Shown in pieces: positions 10,701 through 20,205 of a stretch of 64,000 nt of DNA. The notes under the pieces were generated by a model. The model did not search any database and had not been told where the DNA came from. It saw nothing but the letters and a program-made list of their open reading frames with translations. How positions within the stretch are numbered: the first letter of the stretch is position 1; each line of letters begins with the position of its first letter. Position numbers and translations under genes: made by a program. This stretch comes from Blastocatellia bacterium (lineage in GTDB: Bacteria > Acidobacteriota > Blastocatellia > UBA7656). The stretch lies in the NCBI GenBank assembly GCA_045807765.1, contig JBJMGU010000011.1, positions 25,398 through 89,397 on the forward strand. Direction: 5' to 3'.

Positions 10701-11023
10701 ATGCCTTCCGCAACCGCCCGGTCTACAACGTTGACATGCGCGTGCAGAAGCACTTCCAGGTGGGCGAGGGCCGTCGCCTGCTCTTCACCGCCGAGTTCTT
10801 CAATATCTTCAACATTGAGAACATCGAGTTGGCGGGCAGCCAAGTGACGAACTACTGCTCGAACACCGCCGACCTGACCTGCGGCTTTACCGGGCCGACC
10901 AACCCGAACTTCTTGCAGCTATATGATCGCAACCCGACCTCAACGCGCGTCGGGAGCCTGCTGCTCAACAACAACCCGGGCCAACCGTTCCAGGTGCAGC
11001 TCGGCGCGCGCTTCCAGTTCTAG
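7790..11023 (+). CDS. TonB-dependent receptor-like outer-membrane protein with N-terminal carboxypeptidase-regulatory-like (CarbopepD_reg) domain
   Basis: 1077 aa. Signal peptide, then an N-terminal CarbopepD_reg region (GxVVDxQGAxVANASVKAVNTQTG...DGLYSLILLPPGVYRVTATAQGF), then a plug/barrel region, with a C-terminal aromatic residue (...ARFQF). This architecture is typical of Acidobacteria. Confidence 0.8.
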   Translation: MSRIKPFHSLGALLMALCLSLASVPAFAQSQASSGQIAGAVVDNQGAIVANASVKAVNTQTGLERTVTSGDDGLYSLILLPPGVYRVTATAQGFTAVTVDNVEVAVGRTIDVKITLGVSGVTEVVNVTAGTIQVQTTRSEADAVVNERAIENLPINGRRFQDFVTLTPAAQVDPRRQQISLSGQLGIHTNVSIDGADYNNPFFGGIRGGERSNNAYTVPQEAIKEFQVVASGYTAEFGRSTGGIVNAVTKSGTNAYHGSGFYLYRPKDLSRSNNFIDAIELSLRNNLLPGQTPREITVAPTQHQWGASFGGPIKKDKLFFFGAYEQQRQRQSREVFFDTIGSVASTPAISEALSFYHSLEGPFTQTNDAIAFIGRADYIVNDRHNLNVRYSYSHNEAQNAVSNGVPLFPTITNALSNNGTELDTTNTVVGQLNSFFTPTVVNEFRGQYSREKRPRPANAQQPLVTDSIGNFGTVSFLGENVELDWRAQIIDNITWSRGNHTFKVGGEYNHIFANQTFGFNQYGTYGVSGSAGTPAQAAALLALLSHPAGATTNRFDSTAVTLARQIGNLQATLPDNEGAAFIQDSWRIRPNFTLNAGLRWEGQYNPQPEVGNNALINLIKGFRFPSGHVVDPTEIPSDTNNFGPRLGFAWDPWSDGKTVVRGYSGIYYSRTPALLFAAPINNFRDPAGDLSVTLPLRAAPLNPNASANTVYKQLKLIGIDLNNFTLDKLPVITGEQVQQIAKLLGVDPLTAGLAPILMAPDFQNPTSVQYGIGIERELNRSLTVGADFSYVHTTHLQQNRDINLPLPFTRTTAPDPSQRPFFGLLLPVADKDHRDRPIANLNSVQIRESTGKALFRALTLRAKFQRRWGQFNAFYVRSKNLSTVDNEREAGGVLFENAFNTDSEYSLSNLDIKHQFVVNPVFFLPFGIDVSSAVRLRSGRPIDARIGSDVNQDRTNLDRPYRAPGIPFERNAFRNRPVYNVDMRVQKHFQVGEGRRLLFTAEFFNIFNIENIELAGSQVTNYCSNTADLTCGFTGPTNPNFLQLYDRNPTSTRVGSLLLNNNPGQPFQVQLGARFQF

Positions 11024-11048
11024 ACGCAAGCGCAACTGACATTCACAG

Positions 11049-11089
11049 GCGGCGGCGAGAGTAGGTCTCGCCGCCGCTTTTTTGTTTTT
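11049..11089 (+). terminator. Rho-independent terminator after the TonB-receptor gene
   Basis: GGCGGCGGCGAGA-gtag-GTCTCGCCGCCGC followed by TTTTTTGTTTTT. Confidence 0.75.
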
Positions 11090-11205
11090 CCTGCAAGCTC
11101 GCCTTCGCGCTCCATTCCCTCACTCGTAAAGATTCCGGAACTCATGACCGGTTTCGGTGTCTAATCGATTAGCGCCGGCCTAATGCTCCATCCCTAGCGC
11201 TACCC

Positions 11206-13815
11206 GTGGCGCGCAAGATTCTAAGGAGGTGCGGACTGCAAGGAGAACACTTCGCAGTCCGACTGAAACATATGCAACGCAGGCTCGTCTTGTCATTCGC
11301 CATCTTGGCGGCACTTTGTATTGCAGGTTACATCGTGCTTGCCAAAGCCAGTAAACATTCGGGCACCGGCTTTGTCGCCGGCGCCGATACCTCTGCCGGT
11401 CAGGGGGCGCTTCAGATCATTGATCCCGAAAAAGGCGCCGTCGCCGGCTCGTGCCCGCTCAAACATACGGATGTCAAAGCCGAGATCAGCGGCTTTCTGT
11501 CGCGCGTCGTCGTGACACAGGAATTCGAGAACCCTTTCAAAGATAAGATCGAAGCGGTCTACACCTTCCCGCTGCCGCAGAACGCCGCGGTTGACGACAT
11601 GACCTTGCGCGTCGGCGACCACACGGTGCGCGGCAAGATCAAGCTGCGCGAAGAGGCGCGGGCGATTTATGAAGCGGCGCGCACGGCGGGCCACGTCGCC
11701 GGCCTGCTCGATCAAGAGCGGCCTAACATCTTCACGCAGTCGGTCGCCAACATCATGCCTGGCGAACGCGTCACCGTGACCATCAGCTACGTCGAGACTT
11801 TGAAGTATCAAGATGGCGCCTACGAGTTCGTCTTCCCGATGGTCGTCGGACCGCGTTACATTCCCGGCACGCCCACAGGCCAGCAAGCCGGAGGCTGGTC
11901 GCCCGACACCACGCAAGTGCCCGACGCCTCGCGCATCACGCCGCCGGTCGCGCCGCGCGGACTGCGCGCCGGCCACGACATCGCGCTCGAAGTGGCGCTC
12001 GATGCCGGCGTGCCGATTGATGAGCTGAAGGCGATCAATCACGAAGTCAATCTTGAGCGGCCTTCGGCTCACAGCGCCATTATCCGGCTCAAGAGCCAGA
12101 GCGAAATTCCGAATAAAGATTTCGTGCTGCGCTATGACGTTGCCGGTCGGCGTGTCGAAGACGCGCTGCTCTTGCACCGCGCCCCGCACGGCAACAATGC
12201 GGACGGCTTCTTCACTTTTATCCTGCAACCGCCCGACCGGGTCGCGGCTGAAGACGTGATGCCGAAAGAGATCGTCTTTGTGCTAGACACCTCCGGCTCG
12301 ATGGACGGCTTTCCAATCGAGAAAGCCAAAGAGTCTATGAAGCTGGCGCTCGACGGGCTCTACCCGCAGGACACCTTTAACCTGATTACCTTCGCCGGCG
12401 ACACGCACATCCTCTTCCCGCAGCCGGTGCCGGCAACCCGCGCGAACCTGCAAAAAGCGCAAGCGTTTCTCGCCACGCGCAGCGGCGCGGGCGGCACAGA
12501 GATGATGAAAGCCATCAAGGCGGCGCTCGATCCGTCGGATGCGCAGGATCATGTTCGCATCGTCTGCTTCATGACAGACGGTTACGTCGGCAACGATATG
12601 GAAATCGTCGGCGAAGTGCAGAAGCATCCCAATGCGCGGGTGTTTTCCTTCGGCATCGGCTCGTCGATCAACCGCTACCTGCTTGACAAGATGGCCGAAG
12701 AAGGGCGCGGCGAAGTCGAATATGTTTCGCTCAATGACAACGGCTCGGCGGCAGCGAAACGCTTCCACGAGCGCATTCGCAATCCGTTGCTGACCGACGT
12801 GGTGATTGACTGGGGTGGCTTGCCGGTGACCGACGTTTATCCGAAGCGCATCCCCGACCTTTTCAGCGCCAAGCCGGTCGTCGTCTGCGGTCGCTACGCG
12901 CAGGGCGGGCGCGGCACGATCAAGCTGAAAGGCCGAGTCGCCGGCCACGACTATGTCAGAGAAATTCCGGTCGAGTTGCCCGACGCCGAAGCGCGCCACG
13001 ACGTGCTGGCGACGCTGTGGGCGCGCACCAAGATTGACGACTTGATGAGCCAGGATTACACCGGCATGCAATATGGCGTGACGCGGCCCGACGTCAAAGA
13101 GCAGATCACGCAACTCGGATTGGATTACCGCTTGATGACGCAGTTCACATCGTTCGTCGCCGTCGAAGAAATGACCGTGACGGATGGCGGCGCGCCGCGG
13201 CGCGTCGAAGTACCGGTCGAGATGCCGGAAGGCGTCAGCCACGACGGCGTCTTCGGGAAAGAGGAAACCGAAAGCAGGGCCGTCGACTCGGTGGCCGTGA
13301 AGACAGCGCAGCCCTACATAGCGCCACCGCCACCGTCCCGGCCCGCCGACCCGCGAGGCGCGATTGGCGGCACTGACAATGGTACAGGTGTCGGCCCCGG
13401 TCGCGGCTATGGCACTGGCACCGCATCGCCCACGGTGGTGAATGCCGAAGCGCCGAAATCTAAGCGCGACGTTGACGAACAGCAGCGCAACCGACCATTG
13501 TCCGCGGAAGAGCAGAAGCGGCAGCAATTACTTGCCAAGCTGCACCCGGCCATCGCCGCGCTCGTCGAACGGTTGCAGAAGAGCGGCACGCCAGCCGCCG
13601 CCGAAGCCCGCTTCGTACGCGACGGCAAGGCCGAAATTCAAGTCTGGCTGACCGTGAAATCCGATGCCCTGATGGCTCGGCTCAAGTCGCTCGGCTTTGA
13701 AGTCGTGGCCGATCCGAAATCGGCGAAGCTGGTCATTGGTCGTATCGCACTCGATAAGCTCGCGGCGCTCGCCGAACTTGGCGAGGTGCGATACATCGCC
13801 CCGCAAACGCAGTAA
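11206..13815 (+). CDS. VIT (vault/inter-alpha-trypsin) plus von Willebrand factor type A domain protein, membrane-anchored or secreted
   Basis: N-terminal TM/signal segment, a VIT-like region and a vWA domain with MIDAS motif (VLDTSGSMDG). 869 aa. The GTG at 11206 and the ATG at 11272 are alternative starts. Confidence 0.8.
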   Translation: MARKILRRCGLQGEHFAVRLKHMQRRLVLSFAILAALCIAGYIVLAKASKHSGTGFVAGADTSAGQGALQIIDPEKGAVAGSCPLKHTDVKAEISGFLSRVVVTQEFENPFKDKIEAVYTFPLPQNAAVDDMTLRVGDHTVRGKIKLREEARAIYEAARTAGHVAGLLDQERPNIFTQSVANIMPGERVTVTISYVETLKYQDGAYEFVFPMVVGPRYIPGTPTGQQAGGWSPDTTQVPDASRITPPVAPRGLRAGHDIALEVALDAGVPIDELKAINHEVNLERPSAHSAIIRLKSQSEIPNKDFVLRYDVAGRRVEDALLLHRAPHGNNADGFFTFILQPPDRVAAEDVMPKEIVFVLDTSGSMDGFPIEKAKESMKLALDGLYPQDTFNLITFAGDTHILFPQPVPATRANLQKAQAFLATRSGAGGTEMMKAIKAALDPSDAQDHVRIVCFMTDGYVGNDMEIVGEVQKHPNARVFSFGIGSSINRYLLDKMAEEGRGEVEYVSLNDNGSAAAKRFHERIRNPLLTDVVIDWGGLPVTDVYPKRIPDLFSAKPVVVCGRYAQGGRGTIKLKGRVAGHDYVREIPVELPDAEARHDVLATLWARTKIDDLMSQDYTGMQYGVTRPDVKEQITQLGLDYRLMTQFTSFVAVEEMTVTDGGAPRRVEVPVEMPEGVSHDGVFGKEETESRAVDSVAVKTAQPYIAPPPPSRPADPRGAIGGTDNGTGVGPGRGYGTGTASPTVVNAEAPKSKRDVDEQQRNRPLSAEEQKRQQLLAKLHPAIAALVERLQKSGTPAAAEARFVRDGKAEIQVWLTVKSDALMARLKSLGFEVVADPKSAKLVIGRIALDKLAALAELGEVRYIAPQTQ

Positions 13816-13823
13816 AAAAGCCC

Positions 13824-13933
13824 GACGCGGCGACGCGGGGACGCGGGGACGCGGCGAGGGAAAGAGACAGAGCTAACCGCTTGTCTTCCTTTCCCTGCGT
13901 CCCCGCGTCCCCGCGTCACTCTTCCCGCGTCAC
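13824..13933. repeat. Hairpin element, family C (tandem GACGCGGG / CCCGCGTC arms)
   Basis: gacgcggcgacgcggggacgcggggacgcggcgagggaaag ... ctttccctgcgtccccgcgtccccgcgtcac. It follows the VIT-vWA stop directly and probably acts as a terminator before gltX. Confidence 0.8.
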
Positions 13934-13985
13934 TCCAGCCTTTTGCCTTGCGACGCAGCCGCCGGGTCGCTGATAATTTCAGTTT

Positions 13986-15470
13986 ATGGCTGAAACGGTC
14001 AGAGTTCGTTTTGCACCCTCGCCCACCGGTTATCTGCATGTCGGCGGCGCGCGCACGGCGTTGTTTAACTGGCTCTTTGCGCGCAAGCACAATGGCGTCT
14101 TCATCCTGCGTATCGAAGACACAGACGTGCAGCGCTCGTCTGAGGCGATGGTGCAGGGCATCCTCGCGGGGCTGCACTGGCTCAGGCTTGACGCCGACGA
14201 GGGGCCGTTCTTCCAATCGTCGTTCGGCGAAGCGCATCGCGCCGCCGCCCTCCGCCTCGTCGAAGAAGGCAAAGCGTATTACGACTTCACGCCGAAAGAA
14301 CAGGGTGACGACCGCACTGTCAAAGAGCGCATACGCGAGCAGGCGCGCGAAGGCCGTGAGCCCAACCCCTACCGCGACCTGCCGCTTACGGAAGCGCGCA
14401 CGCGCCTTCAGGCAGGCGAGACGGCGGCGATCCGCTTGAAGGTTCCCGAATCGGGTGTGTCGCGCTTTGATGATATGGTCTATGGCCCGCAGGAGCGCGA
14501 TTACACAGACATTGAAGACCTCGTGCTGATTCGCTCCGACGGCCACCCGCTCTATAACCTGTCGGTGGTCGTTGACGACATCGAGATGGGCATCACCCAT
14601 GTGATTCGCGGCCAGGATCATCTGACCAACACCCACAAGCAGGTTTTAATTTACAGTGCGCTTGGGGCCGCTGTGCCGCGCTTCGGCCACCTGCCGCTGA
14701 TCAACGCGCCGGGTAAAGAGAAGCTCTCGAAGCGCAAGCACGGCGAGATCGTTTCGGTGACGACCTACAGGGATCGCGGCTTTCTGCCCGACGCCTTTGT
14801 GAATTTCCTCGCCTTGCTCGGCTGGTCGCCGGGTGGCGATCAAGAGATCATGTCGCGCCAGGAATTGATTGAGCAATTCTCGCTCGACGGCGTCAACAAA
14901 GCGGCGGCGATCTTCAACTTCAAAGAGAGCGATCCCCTTGATTGGACCGACCCGAAGGCGCTGTGGATGAACGGCGAATACCTGCGCCGCATGCCGATAG
15001 ACGATCTGCTGCCGCTGGTCGCCGAGCAGTTGAAGAAGCACGGCATCTGGCGCGACGAGTTTGCAACCAATGAGCGCGACTGGTTCGCTCGCACAGCCGA
15101 GTTGTTGCGGGCGCGCTATCGCACGGCGGTTGATTTTGCCATACTGGGGCGGCCTTACTTTTCAGATGACTTTGAATACGAGCCGGCGGCGATAAAGAAG
15201 AATTTGAAAGACGAGCGGCTGAAAGACCTGCTGCCCGGCCTCGCCGACCAGCTTGCGGCGCTCGACACGTTCACGCACGACAGCGCCGAAGCGGCTCTCA
15301 GAGCCTATTCCGAGGCACAGGGCGTCAAGGCGGGGCTGTTGATTAACGCCTCACGCACGGCGCTCACGGGACAGGCGGTCGGGCCGGGGATGTTCGACAT
15401 TATGGTCGCGCTCGGTCGCGAGAAGAGCGTCGAGCGGCTGCGCCGCGCCGTCGAACAGGTCGGCAAATGA
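13986..15470 (+). CDS. gltX: Glutamate--tRNA ligase
   Basis: Class I aaRS with PSPTGYLHVGGARTALFNW (HIGH-type motif) and KLSKRK (KMSKS). 494 aa. Confidence 0.9.
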   Translation: MAETVRVRFAPSPTGYLHVGGARTALFNWLFARKHNGVFILRIEDTDVQRSSEAMVQGILAGLHWLRLDADEGPFFQSSFGEAHRAAALRLVEEGKAYYDFTPKEQGDDRTVKERIREQAREGREPNPYRDLPLTEARTRLQAGETAAIRLKVPESGVSRFDDMVYGPQERDYTDIEDLVLIRSDGHPLYNLSVVVDDIEMGITHVIRGQDHLTNTHKQVLIYSALGAAVPRFGHLPLINAPGKEKLSKRKHGEIVSVTTYRDRGFLPDAFVNFLALLGWSPGGDQEIMSRQELIEQFSLDGVNKAAAIFNFKESDPLDWTDPKALWMNGEYLRRMPIDDLLPLVAEQLKKHGIWRDEFATNERDWFARTAELLRARYRTAVDFAILGRPYFSDDFEYEPAAIKKNLKDERLKDLLPGLADQLAALDTFTHDSAEAALRAYSEAQGVKAGLLINASRTALTGQAVGPGMFDIMVALGREKSVERLRRAVEQVGK

Positions 15471-15505
15471 CCATAGAGTTTTTGCACAGGAGATAAAAGA
15501 GACCA

Positions 15506-17221
15506 ATGAGTTCGGAGAAATCTGGCGCCGACGCACCAGCGGTCGAATCCGGCGGCGCGTCTAACTTTGTTCGCGACATCATCATTCAAGACCTCAAGGA
15601 AGGCAAACACGACGGGCGGGTGCAGACGCGCTTTCCCCCTGAGCCGAACGGCTACCTGCACATCGGCCATGCGAAGGCCATCTATCTCGACTTTGGGCTG
15701 GCGGCGGAATTCGGCGGCAAATGCAATCTGCGTTTCGACGACACCAACCCATCGAAAGAAGAAACCGAGTACGTCGATTCGATCATGGAAGACATTCGCT
15801 GGCTGGGTTACGAGTGGGACGCGCTGTTTTATGCGTCAGACTATTTCGGTCAGCTTTACGAGTGGGCCGTCCATCTCATCAAAGCCGGGAAGGCTTACGT
15901 TGACGATCTGAGCGCCGCAGAGATTCGCCAGTATCGCGGCACGCTGACTGAGCCGGGAAGGGAAAGCCCGTACCGCAATCGCTCTGTCGAAGAGAACCTC
16001 GACTTGTTTGAGCGCATGAAGAAAGGCGAATTCCCCGACGGCTCGCGGACGCTGCGCGCCAAGATTGACATGGCGTCGCCAAACCTCAACATGCGCGACC
16101 CGGTGATGTACCGCATCCTGCACATGGAGCATCATCGCACGGGCGGCGAGTGGTGCATCTATCCGATGTACGACTATGCTCACGGCCAGTCGGATTCAAT
16201 CGAGCAGGTGACGCATTCGATCTGCACGCTCGAATTCGAAGACCACCGCCCGCTCTATAACTGGTTCATCGAACAGCTTGGGATCTTCCCGTCGCGACAG
16301 ATCGAGTTCGACCGGCTCAACATCACCTACACGCTGTTGAGCAAGCGCAAGCTGCTCAAACTGGTGCAGGATGATCACGTTACCAGTTGGGACGACCCGC
16401 GCATGCCGACGCTGTCGGGAATGCGGCGGCGCGGCTATACGCCGGAAGCGATTCGTAATTTCTGCTCCAACCTGAGCGTTTCGAAGACCAACAACATTGT
16501 GCAGTTGTCGCTGCTCGAATACTTCCTGCGCGAAGACTTAAACAAACGCGCACCGCGCGTTATGGCGGTGCTGCGCCCGCTGCGCGTCGTTATCGAAAAC
16601 TATCCCGATGATCTTGTCGAAGAGATGGAGGCGGTCAACAATCCCGAAGACCAGAGCGCCGGCACCCGCCGTGTGCCGTTCTCTAAAGTTCTCTATATCG
16701 AGCAGGACGACTTTCGCGAAGACCCGCCCAAGCAGTATTACCGGCTGGCACCGGGCCGCGAAGTGCGCCTGCGCTATGGCTACTTCATCACTTGCAAGGA
16801 AGCCGTGAAAGACGCCGAAGGCAATGTCATCGAGCTGCGCTGCACCTACGATCCACAGACGCGCGGCGGCAATGCTCCCGACGGGCGCAAGGTCAAAGCC
16901 ACCATTCACTGGGTCTCTGCCGCGCACGCCATAGATTGCGAGGCGCGGCTCTATGACAATCTCTTCATGAAAGAGAATCCCAACGAGGTTGAAGAAGGGC
17001 AGGACTTCACCGCCAACCTGAACCCGAACTCGCTTGAGGTGTTGACCGGCTGCAAGGTCGAGCCGAGCCTGCGCGACGCGAAAGCCGGCGCTGGATATCA
17101 GTTCGAGCGGTTGGGTTACTTCTCGATTGACCCCGACTCCGAGTCTAATCGGCTGGTGGTCAACCGGACGATTGGCTTGCGTGATAGCTGGGCGAAGATC
17201 GAACAACGCGGCAAGAAATAA
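15506..17221 (+). CDS. glnS: Glutamine--tRNA ligase
   Basis: [20 protein letters not shown] (HIGH), LLSKRK (KMSKS) and a GlnRS-type C-terminal anticodon-binding region. 571 aa. Confidence 0.9.
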   Translation: MSSEKSGADAPAVESGGASNFVRDIIIQDLKEGKHDGRVQTRFPPEPNGYLHIGHAKAIYLDFGLAAEFGGKCNLRFDDTNPSKEETEYVDSIMEDIRWLGYEWDALFYASDYFGQLYEWAVHLIKAGKAYVDDLSAAEIRQYRGTLTEPGRESPYRNRSVEENLDLFERMKKGEFPDGSRTLRAKIDMASPNLNMRDPVMYRILHMEHHRTGGEWCIYPMYDYAHGQSDSIEQVTHSICTLEFEDHRPLYNWFIEQLGIFPSRQIEFDRLNITYTLLSKRKLLKLVQDDHVTSWDDPRMPTLSGMRRRGYTPEAIRNFCSNLSVSKTNNIVQLSLLEYFLREDLNKRAPRVMAVLRPLRVVIENYPDDLVEEMEAVNNPEDQSAGTRRVPFSKVLYIEQDDFREDPPKQYYRLAPGREVRLRYGYFITCKEAVKDAEGNVIELRCTYDPQTRGGNAPDGRKVKATIHWVSAAHAIDCEARLYDNLFMKENPNEVEEGQDFTANLNPNSLEVLTGCKVEPSLRDAKAGAGYQFERLGYFSIDPDSESNRLVVNRTIGLRDSWAKIEQRGKK

Positions 17222-17356
17222 AAGAGACCGCTTCCAGTTCGCACCGCTTGGAACGGTTTTCAAATTGGTGTGGCCATGTGGCGCAAGGCGGTTAGCTTGC
17301 GCCACGCCCGATTGAAATCCGCCTTAGCGCGACGAGCCGGGAGCGGTCTCTTTTAA
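17222..17356. repeat. Structured convergent intergenic spacer (long inverted repeat AAAAGAGACCGCTTCC...GGGAGCGGTCTCTTTT with inner hairpin GGCGCAAG-N8-CTTGCGCC); probable bidirectional terminator
   Basis: The inverted repeats were read directly. The spacer lies between glnS (+) and the ADOP permease (-). Confidence 0.5.
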
Positions 17357-17358
17357 TT

Positions 17359-20205
17359 TTACTCGTGGCGCAGGGCTTCTAGCGGATCGACGCGCGCCGC
17401 CTTGCGCGCCGGCAGCCAGCAGGCGACCAGCGCCACTATCGTCAGCAGCGAGGCGATGACTGCGAAGGTTATCGGGTCTGTCCCTTGCACGCCGTAAAGC
17501 TGCTCGGCCATCTGCGTCTGCCAACTGTCGTGCGCGAAATACTGGCTGGCCAGCAGGCGCTTGATGATGTAGCCGCTCACTGCGCCGACCGCCAGCCCCA
17601 GCAGCACCAGCTTCATCCCTTGCCAGATGACCAGTCGCAAGACGTTGGCCGGTTGCGCGCCGAGCGCCATGCGGATGCCGATTTCGTTGGTGCGCTGCGC
17701 CACCGAATAGGCGAGCACGCCCGACAACCCGATGGCCGCAAGCAGCAACGCCAGGCCGCTAAAGAAGCTCAAGAGCCGCGCCGACAAACGTTCTGCCCCC
17801 AACGTTGCCTGCGCGCGGGCTGTCTGCGTACTGACTTCGGTGACCGGCAGATTGCTGTCCAGCTCGCCGACGACCTGGCGCACCGCTGTCACGAGCGCGG
17901 TCGGCTCGCCCGCCGTGCGCAAGGCGAAATACATCTCGCCGATCTCGCTGCCTTCCTGCCGCCACGGCGTGTAGAGCAGCGGCGTGATCTCTTCGCGCTG
18001 GTTCGTGTATTTGGTATCGGCGACGACGCCGACGATCTCGACTTCGCGTTTACCCAGCCTGATGCGCTGGCCTAGCACGTCGGCGTTGGGAAAATACTTC
18101 TGTACGAAGCACTGATTGACAATGCCCACCTGGGGCGCGTGCTCATCATCTTGCGCCGTGAAGTCGCGCCCGCCGAGCCGCGGGATTTCCATCGTCGCGA
18201 AATAGTTCTCGCGCGCTATCTGGCGGTTGGCAGCGTGCCCCTCGGCTGTCTTTTCCATCTCGCCGGGCAGCAAAAAGCCGCTGACATGGTTTTCATCTGC
18301 GATAAGCGGGACGCGCCCAAAGGTCGCCGCGCGCACGCCCGGCAGGTTGTCCAATCGCGCAAAGAGCTGTTGATAAAACTGCGTCAACCGCTCGTCTTTG
18401 TAGCCGCCTTGCTGCGGCTGCAAGCGGAAGAGCAAGAGGTTCTCTTGATTGAAGCCCAGGTTGACGCGTTGCAAGTTGTCGAGGGTGCGAATGAACAGAC
18501 CGGCGCCGATTAATAACAACAACGAGAGCGCTACCTGCGCGACGATCAGCCCCTTGCTCAGCCGCGAGACGACGCCGGTCGTGCGGCGGCTCTGTTTGAG
18601 CGAGGAGGCGAGATCGGGGCGGGTGGCGCGCCACGCCGGCACCAGTCCAAACAGCACGCCGGTCAGTAGCGAGACCGCAACCGTGAACGCCAACACGCGC
18701 AGGTTCAGATTGAGATCAAGCTCATTGGGCAAAATCCCTGTGTCCTTGTCGGTCAGCGCCACCAGCGCGCTCTTGCCCCAGAGCGCGACTAGCACACCGA
18801 CCGCGCCGCCGACTGCCGCAAGCAGCACACTTTCGGTCAGCAGTTGCCGCACCAGACGCAAGCGCCCGGCGCCGACCGCCAGCCGGATGCTGATTTCAGG
18901 GCCGCGCAAGGCTGCCCGCGCCAGCAACAGATTGGCGACGTTGGCGCAGGCAATCAGCAACACCAGCGCCACCACGATAAACAGCCCGTAGATGGTAGTT
19001 GAATAACGTCTGCGGCGGTCCAACATCCCACGGCTGCCGGATTCCGCAATCAGGCGCGGGTAATCTTTCGGTTCGAGTTGCGCGGGCTCGTTTTCTTTGC
19101 GCGGCGGCGGCATGACTTCGAGGGCAGCGGCTTGAAAGATGCCGTCGAGGCTCGCGCGAGCCTGTTCATAGGTTGCGCCCGGTTTGAGGCGGCCCATCAA
19201 GTCCAGCCACCAGAAGCCCGGCGCTTTCGCCGTGCCCAAACGGCTGCGCTCGCCTCGCAACAACGGCTCACAGGCCAGCGGGATGGCAACGGCGGGATGA
19301 AAATCCACCTGCAACGTGCCGGTGAAAGCGGGCGGCGTGACGCCGATGATCGTGAATGCTTGCTTGTTGAGCTTGAGCGTCTGCCCAATGACGGCAGGGT
19401 TAGCGCCAAAGCGCTCCTGCCAAAACTGATGGCTTAGCACGACCACGGGCGCGGCACCTGGCTTGTCGTCTTCGCCGGTGATTGCGCGTCCCAGGCTCGG
19501 TTGCAATCTCAGCCCGGCGAAATAGCCGCCGGTCACGGCTTGCCCGTTGATGAGCTCTGCTTGATCGCCCACCGCCGCCGTCAATTGACTCAGCGGCGCG
19601 AAGGCGAAGAGGTCGCTGAGCGGGCTGTCCGGCGCTTGCGCCTGCGCCTGGCGCATCTTGTCGAAGACCTCGTAGCGAAACAGCGAAAGCCCGCGCGTGC
19701 CCGGCGGCGTCGGCACGTTCGACGTGCCGCTCATGCCATCTACCCTGAACGGCTGACCGGCCTGCCAGGCAAAGACCACCAACTGTTCCGGCTCGGCGAC
19801 CGGCAAGCTCCTGAGCAGCACAGCATCGACGACACTGAAGATAGCGGTGTTGGCGCCAATGCCTAAAGCGAGCGACAGCACGGCGACCAGGGTGAAGCCT
19901 TTGTGCTTGAGCAGCATGCGCATGCCATAGCGCAGGTCTTGAATCATGTCGTCCTCCCAGCGATAACTTTGCATCCAGAGCGCGTCCCAGAAAGCGCCGG
20001 TGCTGCGCCGCAGCAGTCCGAGTCGGGCGCGCCAGTTGAGCCGATGCCAGTCGGCCAACATCTGTTCGCGATATTGCAGCTCCGCCTGCCACTCCTGGCG
20101 CCAGTCGGCGCGCACGCGCCGAGGCACGATCAGGCCCAGGAATCGAATGAGCCAGAGCCAGAAGCGAAAACGTGGTGTGCGCGGCGGCTGCGCCATCGGT
20201 TTCAT
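17359..20205 (-). CDS. ADOP-family ABC transporter permease (MacB-like, duplicated FtsX domains, N-terminal permease-prefix domain), paralog 1
   Basis: 948 aa. Has the conserved N-terminal prefix ([21 protein letters not shown]), a MacB periplasmic core domain and two FtsX-like 4-TM modules. Its start overlaps the stop of paralog 2 (ATGA). Confidence 0.85.
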   Translation of the reverse strand: MKPMAQPPRTPRFRFWLWLIRFLGLIVPRRVRADWRQEWQAELQYREQMLADWHRLNWRARLGLLRRSTGAFWDALWMQSYRWEDDMIQDLRYGMRMLLKHKGFTLVAVLSLALGIGANTAIFSVVDAVLLRSLPVAEPEQLVVFAWQAGQPFRVDGMSGTSNVPTPPGTRGLSLFRYEVFDKMRQAQAQAPDSPLSDLFAFAPLSQLTAAVGDQAELINGQAVTGGYFAGLRLQPSLGRAITGEDDKPGAAPVVVLSHQFWQERFGANPAVIGQTLKLNKQAFTIIGVTPPAFTGTLQVDFHPAVAIPLACEPLLRGERSRLGTAKAPGFWWLDLMGRLKPGATYEQARASLDGIFQAAALEVMPPPRKENEPAQLEPKDYPRLIAESGSRGMLDRRRRYSTTIYGLFIVVALVLLIACANVANLLLARAALRGPEISIRLAVGAGRLRLVRQLLTESVLLAAVGGAVGVLVALWGKSALVALTDKDTGILPNELDLNLNLRVLAFTVAVSLLTGVLFGLVPAWRATRPDLASSLKQSRRTTGVVSRLSKGLIVAQVALSLLLLIGAGLFIRTLDNLQRVNLGFNQENLLLFRLQPQQGGYKDERLTQFYQQLFARLDNLPGVRAATFGRVPLIADENHVSGFLLPGEMEKTAEGHAANRQIARENYFATMEIPRLGGRDFTAQDDEHAPQVGIVNQCFVQKYFPNADVLGQRIRLGKREVEIVGVVADTKYTNQREEITPLLYTPWRQEGSEIGEMYFALRTAGEPTALVTAVRQVVGELDSNLPVTEVSTQTARAQATLGAERLSARLLSFFSGLALLLAAIGLSGVLAYSVAQRTNEIGIRMALGAQPANVLRLVIWQGMKLVLLGLAVGAVSGYIIKRLLASQYFAHDSWQTQMAEQLYGVQGTDPITFAVIASLLTIVALVACWLPARKAARVDPLEALRHE

